From: a virus
Taxonomy: Duplodnaviria > Heunggongvirae > Uroviricota > Caudoviricetes
IMG/VR virus record: IMGVR_UViG_2703718800_000013
Span: 1 to 8,755 of that record
Strand: one strand, 5' to 3'
Length of the DNA stretch: 8,755 nt
The notes beneath the pieces are model-generated. The model saw only the letters and a program-made list of their open reading frames with translations, made no database searches and was not told the origin of the DNA. A program made the translations under genes and the position numbers. Below are positions 7,418 through 8,755 of the stretch, piece after piece; position 1 is the first letter of the stretch, and the number at the start of each line of letters is the position of its first letter.

Positions 7418-7640
7418 ATGTAGTATCCTGTTGATTTGAAACATACTACATATACGCGCGATCCTACCTTCACTGGATAAAAAGGCAATAAAATGATCAT
7501 TTTATGATCGTTTTCACCACCTAACTCTTCGTTTTCTTTAAGTAAATAATCACCGCCCTGAATCATTGTTGATGACTTTTCAATCTATTTGTTGTATCAA
7601 TTAAACAAATCGAATCGATCGTTTTTGTCGATCGATTGCA
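7418..7640. promoter_or_regulatory. Candidate com-mom regulatory region with palindromes and clustered GATC sites
   Basis: A 9-bp inverted repeat ATGTAGTAT (7418-7426) / ATACTACAT (7443-7451). Five GATC sites at 7460, 7495, 7506, 7617 and 7630. A second palindrome AATCGATCG (7612-7620) / CGATCGATT (7628-7636) embeds two of them. A weak possible promoter is ATGACT (7573-7578), 16 bp, TATCAA (7595-7600). Confidence 0.4.
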
Positions 7641-7680
7641 TGAGAAAGGCATCAACAACAAAGCAGGAGGTTATGCGGCC

Positions 7681-7881
7681 ATGTATCGAAACATACGGTG
7701 CCGACACTGCAATAAGCTACTGGCACGGGCCAGTTTCAGTTATCTGGAAGTAAAATGTCCGCGCTGTAAAACCCTCAATCAAATCACATCTCCGAGCGCC
7801 ACAGAGCACCCCACATACACAAGGAAATCCTGTCGTGGGGAACAGAAAGCAAGTCACATCCCGTATCATCAGCACGCCTGA
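7681..7881 (+). CDS. com: Com, zinc-finger translational activator of mom
   Basis: 66-aa product [14 protein letters not shown]...KCPRCK with CxxC-x15-CxxC spacing like Mu Com. AGGAGG at 7665-7670 precedes the ATG at 7681; the track start at 7636 lacks an RBS. The 3' end overlaps the mom start. Confidence 0.8.
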   Translation: MYRNIRCRHCNKLLARASFSYLEVKCPRCKTLNQITSPSATEHPTYTRKSCRGEQKASHIPYHQHA

Positions 7882-8572
7882 ACTTATTCGCTATAACGAC
7901 AATATCGTTGGTTATGGCTCCCGTGAGTTGCGGGTTGAGACAATAAGTTGCTGGCTGGCCAGACTGGTCATCGTCAATAAACATTACAGCCACCGTTTCG
8001 TAAATAACTCCTACCTTCATCTGGGCATATTTTCAGAACGGGAACTTGTTGGCGTAATGCAATGGGGTTACGCCCTTAACCCAAACAGTGGTGCACGCGT
8101 CGTAACGGGTACGCAGAACCGAGAATATATGGAGCTTAACCGGCTATGGCTGCATGACTGTATGCCGAGAAACTCCGAATCAAGGGCAATCAGTTACGCG
8201 CTCAAGCTAATCAGGCAGCTTTATCCGCAGGTACAGTGGGTTCAGTCGTTTGCAGATGAGCGTTGTGGCTGTCTTGGTGTCGTGTATCAGGCAAGCAATT
8301 TTGATTATGTAGGCAGCCATGAAACAATATTCTATGAACTTGATGGCGAGTGGTATCACGAGATTTGCAGGAATGCCATTAAACGAGGCGGACAACGAGG
8401 TGAACATCTGAGGGCTAATATCGACAGAGCCAGTGTGCATAAGTTCCGACAGTTTCGTTACATCCGGTTTCTGAACAAGAGGGCCAGAAAACGCCTCAAC
8501 ACAAAGCTATTCAAAGTCCAGCCTTACCCAAAACCACAAACAGTTAAAACTGGTTTGAAAGAGAGTGAATGA
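7835..8572 (+). CDS. mom: Mom, DNA modification (adenine carbamoylmethylation) anti-restriction protein
   Basis: 245-aa ORF starting at GTG 7835, inside the 3' end of com in another frame; this is the com-mom arrangement of Mu. Its size and its position at the phage right end fit. The exact start codon is uncertain. Confidence 0.8.
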   Translation: MGNRKQVTSRIISTPELIRYNDNIVGYGSRELRVETISCWLARLVIVNKHYSHRFVNNSYLHLGIFSERELVGVMQWGYALNPNSGARVVTGTQNREYMELNRLWLHDCMPRNSESRAISYALKLIRQLYPQVQWVQSFADERCGCLGVVYQASNFDYVGSHETIFYELDGEWYHEICRNAIKRGGQRGEHLRANIDRASVHKFRQFRYIRFLNKRARKRLNTKLFKVQPYPKPQTVKTGLKESE

Positions 8573-8602
8573 GCGCTTAAAAACTCATTCTAAAACTCAA
8601 AA

Positions 8603-8649
8603 GAAAAGCGCCGATTTAGTATCAAATAAGTTGCGTATCGGCGTTTTTC
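8603..8649. repeat. 13-bp imperfect inverted repeat downstream of mom (terminator-like or protein-binding)
   Basis: GAAAAGCGCCGAT (8603-8615) pairs with ATCGGCGTTTTTC (8637-8649) with one G-U equivalent, across a 21-nt spacer. It may be the mom terminator or paired end-binding sites. Confidence 0.3.
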
Positions 8650-8755
8650 ATCGGAATCAAATGAAATGCAAATCGGTATCAAAAAAATCGCCGCGCTATA
8701 TGATGCTTTGTTCCGTAGGGCAACATTACCCCGGTTTTGAAACGGATATTCACGG

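Noticed and set aside
7318-7566. Minus-strand 82-aa ORF across the terminator and palindrome region
   Set aside because: It spans an A+T-rich stretch containing a terminator hairpin and operator-like palindromes, with no RBS. The region is more plausibly regulatory or non-coding.
7636-7680. Upstream ATG at 7636 as the com start (the ORF track's 81-aa version)
   Set aside because: No Shine-Dalgarno precedes it, and it lies inside the GATC palindrome. The ATG at 7681 follows AGGAGG and gives a product whose Cys spacing matches Com.
7784-8440. Minus-strand ORFs 7784..8020 and 8207..8440 within mom
   Set aside because: They are antisense to a recognisable mom coding frame and have no supporting signals.
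1-8755. CRISPR arrays, tRNA or rRNA genes, and insertion-sequence transposase genes
   Set aside because: I looked for short direct repeats with regular spacing, tRNA-like cloverleaf regions and IS-type terminal repeats. None was evident; the only strong repeats are the inverted repeats of the invertible segment.

Overview
This window reads as the late/right-end region of a Mu-like (transposable-phage-type) prophage from an enterobacterial host. In order, all on the + strand unless noted: a baseplate J-like gene (probably 5'-truncated by the window edge), a Mu gp48/DUF2313-like gene, a tail-fibre gene whose 3' end lies inside a roughly 1.43-kb invertible segment, a tail-fibre assembly gene, an alternative tail-fibre C-terminal cassette on the minus strand, and a Gin/Pin/Hin/Cin-family serine invertase. 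Between the invertase and a recognisable com-mom module (zinc-finger Com overlapping the Mom DNA-modification gene) sits about 3 kb of apparent cargo: a 693-aa SASA/SGNH-type carbohydrate esterase and several small ORFs of unknown function, followed by an orphan terminator and a GATC-rich palindromic regulatory region. The cargo block and the one-chaperone layout of the invertible segment are the parts most worth follow-up. All calls rest on reading the sequence and on recalled family hallmarks; no database search was run.
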